Origin: Longimicrobiales bacterium
Lineage (GTDB): Bacteria; Gemmatimonadota; Gemmatimonadetes; Longimicrobiales; Gaopeijiaceae
Direction of reading: 5' to 3'
Length of the DNA: 64,000 nucleotides
Assembly: GCA_965248195.1 (NCBI GenBank)
Contig: CBDFIQ010000002.1
Coordinates: 992,001-1,056,000 of the forward strand
Shown here piece by piece: positions 9,905-18,934 of this stretch. The position numbers and the translations under genes are program-made. Position 1 is the stretch's first letter. Each line of letters starts with the position of its first letter. The notes under the pieces were generated by a model, which worked only from the letters and a program-made list of their open reading frames with translations, made no database searches and was not told the DNA's origin.

Positions 9905-10182
9905 CAAGCGTGCTCCCTGGAGCCGAACACCGCCCGCCCGGGCTTGTGAGGGGCTTTTGCGGGTCGGTGGGGATGAGCACCCGCCCCGCCCACGCTGAGG
10001 GGCTTTAGCGCGCAGCCGGGAATGACCTACACCGCCGAAGCCCATACTGAGTGGGACAGCGGGAATGACCTTTCCGCCGAAGCCCAGGCTGAGAGGGCCG
10101 TGCACGGTTGGTGGGCAGAGGCTACTGGCCCCGCCAACGTGCCCTGGAGCGCGGTTCCTTCGTGCCCCCCACATGCCGATGT

Positions 10183-10273
10183 GAAGAGGGGCTCACGGTC
10201 CCGAGGAGGGCAGTCTGCCGCCGCAGGCGGTAGAGCGAAGCGCTGACCGGAGCGGGACCGTGAGCCCCTCTTC
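10183..10273. repeat. Palindromic element B: perfect 21-bp inverted repeat around a 49-nt core homologous (inverted) to element A core
   Basis: 10183-10203 GAAGAGGGGCTCACGGTCCCG is the reverse complement of 10253-10273; 10230-10252 is the reverse complement of 9835-9857. Confidence 0.9.
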
Positions 10274-10403
10274 CACCCTCCCGCCCTAGGGGCGCGTGCC
10301 CCTCTCTCCGCCCACCACGTAGTCTCGCTGGGGCATTCACTCGCCCCCCTCCGTGCCCTCTCTTACCTCCTCAACGGCGGAGCGTAAATCTGGAGGAGAG
10401 CCC

Positions 10404-10631
10404 ATGTCGACCCGAAGCGAAACTTGGAATGATATCGAGACCTTGCTCGACCTGGTGAGGGTCGAAGAGGAGGCGCTGTTGGCGGTATTGGAGGCGTTAG
10501 CCGAGTTCGACGACCCGGAGGCGGAGGAGTTCTCGTGGGACGAGTTCCAGCTGGGCGAGCGCCTGTGGGGCGACCTCCCGGCGGGCGAGCACCCATGGGG
10601 CGACTTCGCGATGAATGCCATCCATCACTGA
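10404..10631 (+). CDS. Small very acidic hypothetical protein (75 aa)
   Basis: GGAGG RBS before ATG 10404; overlaps the radC start. Confidence 0.55.
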   Translation: MSTRSETWNDIETLLDLVRVEEEALLAVLEALAEFDDPEAEEFSWDEFQLGERLWGDLPAGEHPWGDFAMNAIHH

Positions 10632-11298
10632 CCTTCCCGCCGGAGAGCGGCCCCGTGAGCGCTTGAACGCATTGGGGCCGGAGGCGCTCACGGGTCGTGA
10701 GCTGATGGCCCTTCTGGTGGGAAGCGGGGGTCGCGGGGGTTCCGCTCTCGGGATCGCGGACGACGTGCTCGCGAGCGTGGCGGGGTCGTTGCGGACCTTG
10801 GGAGCGGTCTCGCCGTCGGCGATCGCGGCGATCCCCGGAGTGGGTATGGCCACCGGCGCCCGGATAGCGGCGGCTCTCGAGCTAGGTCGGCGGGCGAGCG
10901 CGGAAATCCGCCATCCAGGGGAGCGTGTGCGCGGCCCACGGGACGTGTTCGATCGCATGGAACCGCGCCTCCGCGACCTCCCACAGGAAGAATTCCACGC
11001 TCTCCTTCTTACGGCACGTCACAGCGTGATTCGGGAGGTCTTCATTACAAGGGGCATCCTTGACGCCTCTCTGATCCACCCACGTGAAGTGTTTCGCCCG
11101 GCGATCACCCAGAGCGCGGCGGCCATCATCCTCGTTCACAACCATCCCTCTGGGGATCCCACGCCATCGGCGGAGGACCGCGCGGTCACGAAGCAGCTCA
11201 GTGCGGTGGGTCGCACCGTGGGGATTTCGATCGTCGACCACGTGGTGATCGGAGACGGCCGCTTCACGTCTCTGGCGGACGACGGAGGCCTCGGATAG
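10615..11298 (+). CDS. radC: RadC/JAB-domain protein (UPF0758)
   Basis: ERPRERL, helix-hairpin-helix IPGVG, HPREVF, HNHPSGDPTPSAED, DHVVIG. Confidence 0.95.
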   Translation: MPSITDLPAGERPRERLNALGPEALTGRELMALLVGSGGRGGSALGIADDVLASVAGSLRTLGAVSPSAIAAIPGVGMATGARIAAALELGRRASAEIRHPGERVRGPRDVFDRMEPRLRDLPQEEFHALLLTARHSVIREVFITRGILDASLIHPREVFRPAITQSAAAIILVHNHPSGDPTPSAEDRAVTKQLSAVGRTVGISIVDHVVIGDGRFTSLADDGGLG

Positions 11299-11406
11299 GG
11301 AGCGTACGACCCTCTTCCACCCACGCGCAAAAGGGAAGCCTAGGACCCGACGCCCCAGGGAGTCACCGTCCCGGAAACAGACAGGCACGATGCGGGTAGC
11401 TGAGGG

Positions 11407-13629
11407 ATGGCTACAGCTACCGCTACCCAGACCATCCGTGGACTTCCGAGGCCCCTGGCCCGGGCGATGGAGGCGTACGCCGACCGCCTGGATGTAGACG
11501 CGGTGCGGGACGCATATGACCTGGCGCAGGAGGCCCACTCGGGTCAGAGGAGGGCGTCGGGCGACGAATTCGTGAGTCACGCGGTCGAGGTGGCGACCAT
11601 TCTCGCGACGTTCGGTCTCGACACCGATTCCTTGGTTTCGGGCCTCGTCCACGACGTCGTGGAGGACACGAGCGTCTCGGTGTTGGACATCGAAAAACGC
11701 TTTGGCCAGAACGTCGCGACGATCGTCGAGGGGGTCACCAAGATCGGCCGCGTGGAGTTTCGCTCGAATACGGAACAGCAGGTCGAGAACTACCGCAAGC
11801 TCCTCCTGTCGATGGCGGGGGATGCGCGGGTCATTTTGGTCAAGCTGGCCGACCGCCTCCACAACATGCGGACCTTGGACGCGCTCAAGGAGGAAAAACA
11901 GCGCAGGATAGCGCTGGAAACCAGGGAGATCTACGCGCCTCTGGCCCATCGCCTCGGAATGGCCGCGATCCGGTGGGAGCTCGAGGACCTGGCCTTCAAA
12001 TACCTGGAGCCGGACGCCTACGAGGCGCTGAGAAAAAAGGTTCGGCAGAGAAGAAAAGAGCGAGAGCGACAAGTTATGGAGATGCAGAGGCCACTCGCCG
12101 AGGCGCTCGCCGAGGCGGGCGTCCCCGCCGAGGTGACTGGGCGTCCGAAGCACCTCTGGTCCATCTACCTCAAGATGGTGGGCCGAGACCTGCCGTATGA
12201 GGAAATCTACGACCTGATGGCCATGCGCGTGCTCACCGATGACGTGCAGAACTGTTACGCTGCGCTGGGCGTCATCCACAACGAGTGGACCCCGGTTCAG
12301 GAGCGATTTCACGACTTCGTAGCGACGCCCAAGTCCAACATGTATCAGTCGCTCCACACGACGGTGATCGGACCGGGAGGACGCCGATACGAGGTCCAGA
12401 TTCGGAGCCACGAGATGCACCGGACGGCGGAGTACGGGATCGCCGCCCATTGGCGCTACAAAGAGGGGATCACCGACCCGGACCTGAAGGGCGAGCCGGA
12501 CGAAGTCGATGAGGCGCTGACCTGGTTCCGGCAGGTGCTCGATTGGCAAAAGGATACGAGTGAGCCGGAGGAGTTCATGGAATTCCTTCGGATGGACCTT
12601 TTTCAGGGCGAGATCTTCATCTTCACGCCCAAGGGCGAGGTCAAACAGCTCCCGACGGGTGCCACGCCGATCGATTTTGCGTACTCGGTTCACACGGAGA
12701 TCGGACACCACTGTGCCGGAGCCCGCGTCAATGGCCGGATTTCACCGCTCTCCCGTGAGCTCAAGAATGGCGACACGGTGGAGATCATCACCGATACACG
12801 ACAACGCCCCAGCCAGGACTGGCTCGCGTTCGTCAGGACATCCCGTGCGCGCGGACGCATCCGCCAGTGGATCCGGAAGGTGGAGCACGACTCCGCCCTG
12901 AAGCTCGGAAAGGATCTTTTCGAACGCGAGATCAGAAAGGCGCGCAGAGGAAAGCCGACGAAGGCCCAACTGAAAGAGGCGGCGCACAGCCTCGGATACG
13001 CGGAATTCGAGCAAGTGTTGACCGCCCTCAGCCGAGGGGAAGTGGGGCCGACGGCGGTGATACGGGGACTCTATCCCGATGAGGACCCGCACGAAGTGGT
13101 CAACCGCACGCCGACGAAGCTCGAGCGCATCGCCGATCGTATCCGTCGCTCGAACCGTGCCGTGCGAATTCAGGGCATGGACAACCTCATGATCCGTTAT
13201 TCCCGGTGCTGTCAGCCGGTTCCCGGGGATCGGGTCATGGGCTACATCACACAGGGGCGCGGCGTGTCGATCCACCAGGTGGACTGCCCGAACGTCCTCA
13301 ACCTGTCGGAAGACCGGCGGGTCGAGATCGAGTGGGCGTCCGAAAAGGATGACCGCTTCTTCGTGAGCCTCTTCATGGAGGGTACGGACCGTCGTGGACT
13401 CCTATCCGATGTGGCCACTGCGATCAGCGATACCGATACTGACATCGTCCAGGCCGACATGAGAGGGGTCGAACGGGGAATGCTCGGCAGGTTCTCCGTA
13501 GAAGTGCAGGACCTGGCTCATCTCACGAAGGTCATCAAGGCCATCCGCGGGGTGAAAGGGGTGGTTCAGGTGGACCGGCGGGATGTCTCTGAGGAGTCGG
13601 ATCTCGACCAGGAGCCGGACCTCAACTAG
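11407..13629 (+). CDS. relA: Long RSH bifunctional (p)ppGpp synthetase/hydrolase
   Basis: HDVVED hydrolase motif, KLADRLHNMRTL, YQSLHT, EVQIR, TGS (FTPKG, DFAY), CC and ACT domains. Confidence 0.95.
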   Translation: MATATATQTIRGLPRPLARAMEAYADRLDVDAVRDAYDLAQEAHSGQRRASGDEFVSHAVEVATILATFGLDTDSLVSGLVHDVVEDTSVSVLDIEKRFGQNVATIVEGVTKIGRVEFRSNTEQQVENYRKLLLSMAGDARVILVKLADRLHNMRTLDALKEEKQRRIALETREIYAPLAHRLGMAAIRWELEDLAFKYLEPDAYEALRKKVRQRRKERERQVMEMQRPLAEALAEAGVPAEVTGRPKHLWSIYLKMVGRDLPYEEIYDLMAMRVLTDDVQNCYAALGVIHNEWTPVQERFHDFVATPKSNMYQSLHTTVIGPGGRRYEVQIRSHEMHRTAEYGIAAHWRYKEGITDPDLKGEPDEVDEALTWFRQVLDWQKDTSEPEEFMEFLRMDLFQGEIFIFTPKGEVKQLPTGATPIDFAYSVHTEIGHHCAGARVNGRISPLSRELKNGDTVEIITDTRQRPSQDWLAFVRTSRARGRIRQWIRKVEHDSALKLGKDLFEREIRKARRGKPTKAQLKEAAHSLGYAEFEQVLTALSRGEVGPTAVIRGLYPDEDPHEVVNRTPTKLERIADRIRRSNRAVRIQGMDNLMIRYSRCCQPVPGDRVMGYITQGRGVSIHQVDCPNVLNLSEDRRVEIEWASEKDDRFFVSLFMEGTDRRGLLSDVATAISDTDTDIVQADMRGVERGMLGRFSVEVQDLAHLTKVIKAIRGVKGVVQVDRRDVSEESDLDQEPDLN

Positions 13630-13656
13630 GAAGCTGTTCGAGCCACGGTACCAGCA

Positions 13657-15645
13657 ATGCCGCAATTCGATCTGTCCGCCACATACGAGCCTCAAGGGGA
13701 TCAGCCGTCCGCTATCGCCGAGCTGAGCGAGGGACTGGCCCGTGGCGATCGCTTCCAAACCCTCCTTGGGGCCACGGGTACCGGGAAAACGTTCTCGATC
13801 GCCCATGTGATCGCCCAGTACGGACGCCCCACGCTGGTTACGTCGCACAACAAGACGCTCGCGGCGCAACTCTACGGTGAATTCAAGTCGCTCTTCCCCA
13901 GTAACGCAGTGGAATACTTCATCTCCTATTACGACTACTACCAGCCGGAAGCCTACATCCCCTCTACGGATACCTACATCGAGAAAGACGCCACGATCAA
14001 CGAGGACATCGAGCGGCTGCGCCTGCGGGCGACGTCGTCGCTGATGGAGCGTGAAGACGTCATCGTGGTCGCTTCCGTCTCCTGTATTTACGGGTTGGGA
14101 AACCCGATGGACTACCGGTCACTCATGCTGCACCTCCGTGTGGGCCAGAAGATCGGGCGCCGGCAGATTCTCAAGGCGCTCGTGGGGATTCAATATCGCC
14201 GCAACGATTACGAGTTCGAGCGAGGCACGTTTCGCGTCCGTGGCGATACGGTCGAGATCTTCCCGGCCTACGAGGAGCAGGCGATTCGTGTGGAGTTGTG
14301 GGGGGACGACATCGAGCGTATCACCCGCTTCGAGCCGCTGACGGGGGAGGCGGTGACACCGATGGAGCGGGCGTCCGTCTACCCGGCCAGCCACTACGTG
14401 ACCCGCCGAGAGGTGATCGACCAGATGGTGCCCCGCATCCGGGCCGAGATGAAGGAGCAGGTCGCGGCGTTCGAGGCGGCCGGGCAACTCCTGGAGGCGC
14501 AGCGTATCGAGAGCCGGACGAATTTCGATATCGAGATGATGCTCGAGATTGGAATGTGCCCAGGCATCGAGAACTACTCGCTCTACACCAGCGGCCGGCG
14601 GACCGGGGAGCGTCCAGCATGCCTGATCGACTACTTTCCGGAGGATTTCCTGCTCGTAGCCGATGAGTCGCATGCCTCGGTTCCCCAGCTCCACGGGATG
14701 TACAAAGGGGATCGGTCCCGCAAGGAAACGCTGATAGAGCATGGATTCCGGCTTCCCAGCGCTCTCGATAACCGTCCACTGCAATTCGACGAGTGGGATG
14801 GGCTGATCCATCGGGCGGTGTTCGTTTCGGCGACACCGGGCGACTGGGAGTTGGAGCGCTCGGGCGGCGTGGTCGTGGAGCAGATCATCCGTCCTACCGG
14901 TCTCGTTGACCCCGCCGTCCATGTTCGCCCGGTCAAAGGCCAGGTGGACGATCTCCTCGCCGAGATCCGTGAACGCGAGGCCAAGGGCGAGCGCGTGCTG
15001 GTAACGACGCTCACGAAACGCATGGCGGAGGATCTCTCCGAGTATCTTCAGTCCGTGGGGGTGCGCGTGAGCTACATGCATTCCGACATCGACACGATCG
15101 AGCGGATGAAGATCCTCAGGAATCTGCGGCTGGGAAAGATCGATGTCCTGGTCGGGATCAACCTCTTGCGGGAGGGCCTGGACCTGCCGGAGGTCTCTTT
15201 GGTGGCGATCCTGGATGCGGACAAGGAGGGTTTTCTTCGGGATGGGCGCTCGCTGATCCAGACGATCGGGCGGGCCGCCCGGAACGCCGAGGGCAAGGCG
15301 ATTTTGTATGCCGACAAGGTGACTTCGTCCATGCAGGTCTGTATGGACGAGACCAACCGGCGCCGGGAGATCCAGATCGCGTACAATCTGGAGCGCGGCA
15401 TCACGCCCGAAACGATTCAGAAGAGTGTCCAGGAGATCGAATTCACGACGCGGGTCGCGGACGCGAGACGAAAGCCCGTGGGCCGGGTGTCGGAACCCAA
15501 GGCCCGGTACGCCGACGAAGTAAACACCGAGGAGCTTCTCAAGATTCTGGAGCAGGAGATGGCGGAGGCGGCGGAGGCGATGGACTTCGAGCGGGCCGCG
15601 ATCTTGAGGGACCAGGTCTTCGAACTGAGGGCCACGGTCAAATGA
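13657..15645 (+). CDS. uvrB: Excinuclease ABC subunit B
   Basis: [36 protein letters not shown]-terminal UVR domain. Confidence 0.98.
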   Translation: MPQFDLSATYEPQGDQPSAIAELSEGLARGDRFQTLLGATGTGKTFSIAHVIAQYGRPTLVTSHNKTLAAQLYGEFKSLFPSNAVEYFISYYDYYQPEAYIPSTDTYIEKDATINEDIERLRLRATSSLMEREDVIVVASVSCIYGLGNPMDYRSLMLHLRVGQKIGRRQILKALVGIQYRRNDYEFERGTFRVRGDTVEIFPAYEEQAIRVELWGDDIERITRFEPLTGEAVTPMERASVYPASHYVTRREVIDQMVPRIRAEMKEQVAAFEAAGQLLEAQRIESRTNFDIEMMLEIGMCPGIENYSLYTSGRRTGERPACLIDYFPEDFLLVADESHASVPQLHGMYKGDRSRKETLIEHGFRLPSALDNRPLQFDEWDGLIHRAVFVSATPGDWELERSGGVVVEQIIRPTGLVDPAVHVRPVKGQVDDLLAEIREREAKGERVLVTTLTKRMAEDLSEYLQSVGVRVSYMHSDIDTIERMKILRNLRLGKIDVLVGINLLREGLDLPEVSLVAILDADKEGFLRDGRSLIQTIGRAARNAEGKAILYADKVTSSMQVCMDETNRRREIQIAYNLERGITPETIQKSVQEIEFTTRVADARRKPVGRVSEPKARYADEVNTEELLKILEQEMAEAAEAMDFERAAILRDQVFELRATVK

Positions 15646-15664
15646 TTGCGGGGAGGGGGGTGGG

Positions 15665-16126
15665 ATGATTCTCAACGAGGCCGAGATGATCCGCTGGGGC
15701 AAGGCCATTGGCGCGGCGGCACGCACTCCGCTGTTTGTTTTTCTGCGGGGTCCGTTGGGGGCCGGCAAATCGGTGCTCGCACGCTCGATCGCCCGCGGTG
15801 CGGGGGTCGAGGGAGCCGTTCCTTCGCCGACGTTCAATCTCATGTTTCGATATCCGGCGAGCCGGGGTGTCGAGGTGGTGCATATGGATCTGTTTCGGTT
15901 GACGGATCCCGCTGAACTATGGGAGCTCGGCTGGCAGGAGCTCGGGGGTCAGGACGAGTTGGTCCTGGTCGAATGGCCGGATCGTGCTGAGGGAGTGCTT
16001 CCCGAGCATCGGTGGGAGATCACCTTGGGTCCGGTTGGCGGAGACAGGGAAGCGCGCACAGTGTCGGTGATCCGGTTCGGTGTGCCGCAGTCTCTCGCCG
16101 GTTTCCCGGTCTCGGTGTCCATATGA
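15665..16126 (+). CDS. tsaE: tRNA t6A biosynthesis ATPase TsaE
   Basis: GPLGAGKS, SPTF, HMDLFRL, VEW. Confidence 0.93.
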   Translation: MILNEAEMIRWGKAIGAAARTPLFVFLRGPLGAGKSVLARSIARGAGVEGAVPSPTFNLMFRYPASRGVEVVHMDLFRLTDPAELWELGWQELGGQDELVLVEWPDRAEGVLPEHRWEITLGPVGGDREARTVSVIRFGVPQSLAGFPVSVSI

Positions 16127-16129
16127 CCG

Positions 16130-16199
16130 CGGTCGCAGGATGGGTACGGTCGTGTGATGGTGCGGTCGAATGATGGGCGCGGTCGAATGATGGGCGCGG
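16130..16199. repeat. Minisatellite, four 16-17 bp units CGGTCG-N3-GATGG
   Basis: cggtcgcaggatgggta / cggtcgtgtgatggtg / cggtcgaatgatgggcg twice. Confidence 0.8.
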
Positions 16200-16984
16200 C
16201 GGCCCTACCTTGGTCGGCCGAGGGGATTTACCTGGCGCTGGAAACGTCCACCTTCCTCGGGTCGGTGTGTCTGGCCGAAGGGAGCCGCGTTATCGCCGCG
16301 AGGGTGATCCGTGGCCAGAGCTCCCACTCCTCGGATCTGATCCCGACGATCGATGGGGTGCTTCAGGAGGCCGGCGCGGACCTGTCCGAGCTCGCTGGCC
16401 TGGTCGTGGGGGCCGGCCCCGGTTCGTTCACGGGTGTGCGAGTGGCCGCGGCGACAGCCAAGGGGTTGAGCCACGCGCTGGATATTCCTCTCTGGGCGGT
16501 CTCGTCTCTCGAGGCAGGCGCAGCGGCGGTAGATCTCGATCGTTTCGAACCCTCCGTCGACATTGGGGGGGCAGCGGACCCGAACGGAGGGCATGCGGCA
16601 GCGCTGTCCGATGAGGAACGGGGTTGCCCGCGCTATGTCCTCTTCGATGCCCGGAGCGATCGGGTATATGGTGCCTGCTACTGCCCGACCGAGAGCGGAT
16701 TCGACGTGCTCGTCCCGCCTCATTCGACCACGATCGGGGCGGTTCTCTCGGGGGGCCTCCCGTTCTCCGTGTTTGCGGGTGACGGAGCCCAAAAGCATGC
16801 GGACGAGATCCGCGGCGCCGGTTTTGCGCTGCTTCCGGCCCCGTTCGGAATGCCGACAGCAGCGGGGCTGGTCAGGGCGCTCGCGAACTCCCCCTCCCGC
16901 GACCCGGTGGAGGACGCCGCCCGCTGGCAGCCGGAGTACCTTCGGTCTTCCTCGGCCCAACGATGCTCGGGGTCGGGCGCATGA
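16187..16984 (+). CDS. tsaB: tRNA t6A biosynthesis protein TsaB
   Basis: LALETS, GPGSFTGVRV, DAR, PEYLR; start uncertain. Confidence 0.92.
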   Translation: MMGAAALPWSAEGIYLALETSTFLGSVCLAEGSRVIAARVIRGQSSHSSDLIPTIDGVLQEAGADLSELAGLVVGAGPGSFTGVRVAAATAKGLSHALDIPLWAVSSLEAGAAAVDLDRFEPSVDIGGAADPNGGHAAALSDEERGCPRYVLFDARSDRVYGACYCPTESGFDVLVPPHSTTIGAVLSGGLPFSVFAGDGAQKHADEIRGAGFALLPAPFGMPTAAGLVRALANSPSRDPVEDAARWQPEYLRSSSAQRCSGSGA

Positions 16985-17481
16985 GCAGCGGTTCCGTCAA
17001 AGCCCCTGCGGCCAGGACCGGGGGAGGGAAATCTTCCCTATCCCTGAGGCCGATGACACCGTCGGACGTGCCTGAAGTGGCCCGAATCGAGACGACGGCG
17101 TTCTCCACCCCTTGGAGTGACCGGACCTTCCGCTCGCTCTTGCACCGTCCGGGTGTGGAGCTTTGGGTGGCCGAGTGGGGGGACCAGCTCGCGGCCTATG
17201 CGATCCTTTGGAAAATTCTCGATGAGGGAGAGTTGGCCAATATCGCGGTCCGGAAGGATCTACGGGGTCGCGGCATCGGTTCTGGACTCCTCAGCCGGAT
17301 GCTGGAGGTAGCCGAGGACTCGGGTGTTCGAAGCCTCTACCTCGAGGTTCGGGAATCCAATAGCGTCGCTCGGGAGATGTACGCCCGGCGCGGATTCCAA
17401 GAGATTGGCGTCCGGAAGGGCTACTACGAGGGGCCCCCCGAGGACGCTCGGGTGCTCAAGAAGAGCCTTGAAGGCGCCTGA
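16981..17481 (+). CDS. rimI: RimI-type N-acetyltransferase
   Basis: ATGA overlap with tsaB; NIAV, RGRGIG, LEVRESN, GVRKGYY. Confidence 0.92.
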   Translation: MSSGSVKAPAARTGGGKSSLSLRPMTPSDVPEVARIETTAFSTPWSDRTFRSLLHRPGVELWVAEWGDQLAAYAILWKILDEGELANIAVRKDLRGRGIGSGLLSRMLEVAEDSGVRSLYLEVRESNSVAREMYARRGFQEIGVRKGYYEGPPEDARVLKKSLEGA

Positions 17482-17519
17482 ATTATGGAAACGTTTGTAG
17501 TTGAATAGCAAAAAACGCG

Positions 17520-17549
17520 TTGACCCGTGGGGCCTGACTCGCCTATCTT
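17520..17549 (+). promoter_or_regulatory. Putative sigma70 promoter
   Basis: TTGACC-N18-TATCTT downstream of an AT-rich tract. Confidence 0.4.
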
Positions 17550-17602
17550 CGACGTTGAGTGGTAGTGCATAAAGTCCCGTCCCATATGGAAAGGGAGCGA
17601 TC

Positions 17603-18904
17603 ATGGTCCGGTCCGTGATGGCCGTGCTGGCGTTGACAATTTTCCCCGGTTTGATGGCTGGCCAGGAGCCCGTACAGCAAGCTTCGGCGCGGGCGACGCT
17701 CCAAGAGGTGGTCCGCTTCGACTTCGACGAATCGACCATCACCGCCGAGGCGGAGCAGCTCTTACGTGCGAAGCTGCCGATCTTGAGTGACAGCGTCGCC
17801 TTTCTTCTTCTTCTCGAGGGTCACACCGACGAGCGGGGCTCGATCGAATACAACCTCGCGCTTGGAGGCCGGCGTGCCGAAAGCGTGCGGGAGTTCCTCA
17901 CGGGCCTCGGGATTTCGGCGGACCGGCTCACGACCACCTCGTTCGGGGAGGAACGGCCCTTGGTCAACCGGAGCGATGCGGAGGCCTGGGCTCAGAACCG
18001 TCGGGTCGAGTTCGTGATCACAGGCGTTCCCGGGCCGACAGTGGCGGGCGGGGTCGAGCCGACACCGGTAGTTGCTCAGCCGGAGCCGGTGGTGGTGGGA
18101 GGCGTGGCGGTGGGTCCGCCCCCGGACGAAGCGCAGCCACCACTGGTAAGGACCCGTCCGAACCTCGAGCGGGACCGTCGGTCTAGATTCTACCGAGACC
18201 CGTTGGCGCCGTCGGTGGTTCGGACAACGAATGACGCCGACGAGCTCTGGGTGCCACGGTCATCCACGTGGTCGGCGGAGTGGCTCGGCCCGGCGTCCTT
18301 GGAGGAGATCGAAATCGACGGCCGGATCGACTCGTTCGTGACCGAGGGTGATCTCCGAACGGCTTTTCCCTATACCTGGGTGCGACTGGATCTGGAACCG
18401 GGCTTTCGGGTGAGGCTGGGGGACGCTCTACAGATCTACCGCCCGGCTCGAGTAAACCGCGAGCTGGGTGTCGTGCTCCGGCCCGTCGGTGTGATGTCCG
18501 TGACCCGCGTGGCACCGAACGTGGTCGAGGGCCTGGTCCTGGAAGTCTTCGGGCTGGTCCACGAGGGTGACTTCGTACGCCCCGCACCGGCCTTCGACTT
18601 GGGGCCGGGCGATCTCCCCGAGATGGTCACCAACAGGATCGCGGCCACCGTCATCGAGTTCGGAGAGCTCCACCAGATGTATGGGTTGAGACAGGTGGTG
18701 ATGCTGGACAGGGGCTCACGTAATGGCGTCGACATCGGAGACGAATATGTGGCGTTTTCCGGAGACGGATCGACCGAGGAGGTCGTTGGACGCCTGAGGG
18801 TCGTGTTGACCGAGGAAGAGACCTCGTCGGCCGAAATCGTTGCGCTAGAGGCACCTGTGTTCAATATCGGCACTGCCATCCACTTGGACCGGAAGATGAG
18901 GTAG
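17603..18904 (+). CDS. Secreted protein: OmpA/Pal-like peptidoglycan-binding domain, Pro-rich linker, beta-rich C-terminal domains
   Basis: Signal peptide without lipobox; GHTDERGSIEYNLALG..RRA, NRRVEF; C-terminal LDRGSRNGVDIGD (FlgT-C-like). Confidence 0.8.
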   Translation: MVRSVMAVLALTIFPGLMAGQEPVQQASARATLQEVVRFDFDESTITAEAEQLLRAKLPILSDSVAFLLLLEGHTDERGSIEYNLALGGRRAESVREFLTGLGISADRLTTTSFGEERPLVNRSDAEAWAQNRRVEFVITGVPGPTVAGGVEPTPVVAQPEPVVVGGVAVGPPPDEAQPPLVRTRPNLERDRRSRFYRDPLAPSVVRTTNDADELWVPRSSTWSAEWLGPASLEEIEIDGRIDSFVTEGDLRTAFPYTWVRLDLEPGFRVRLGDALQIYRPARVNRELGVVLRPVGVMSVTRVAPNVVEGLVLEVFGLVHEGDFVRPAPAFDLGPGDLPEMVTNRIAATVIEFGELHQMYGLRQVVMLDRGSRNGVDIGDEYVAFSGDGSTEEVVGRLRVVLTEEETSSAEIVALEAPVFNIGTAIHLDRKMR

Positions 18905-18934
18905 GCGCCGAGTCATCCACATGATGGGCTTCCG

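Noticed and set aside
9925..10100. CRISPR array
   Set aside because: Only two good repeat copies, no spacer-length unique sequences and no cas genes.
10615..11298. radC as a marker of a prophage or ICE
   Set aside because: Full-length chromosomal-type RadC with an HhH region; no integrase or phage genes in the window.
10882..15843. Long antisense ORFs (609 aa, 574 aa; also 3206-4657, 47277-48575, 48898-50151)
   Set aside because: Shadow ORFs opposite well-supported genes, expected from high-GC codon bias; no recognisable motifs.
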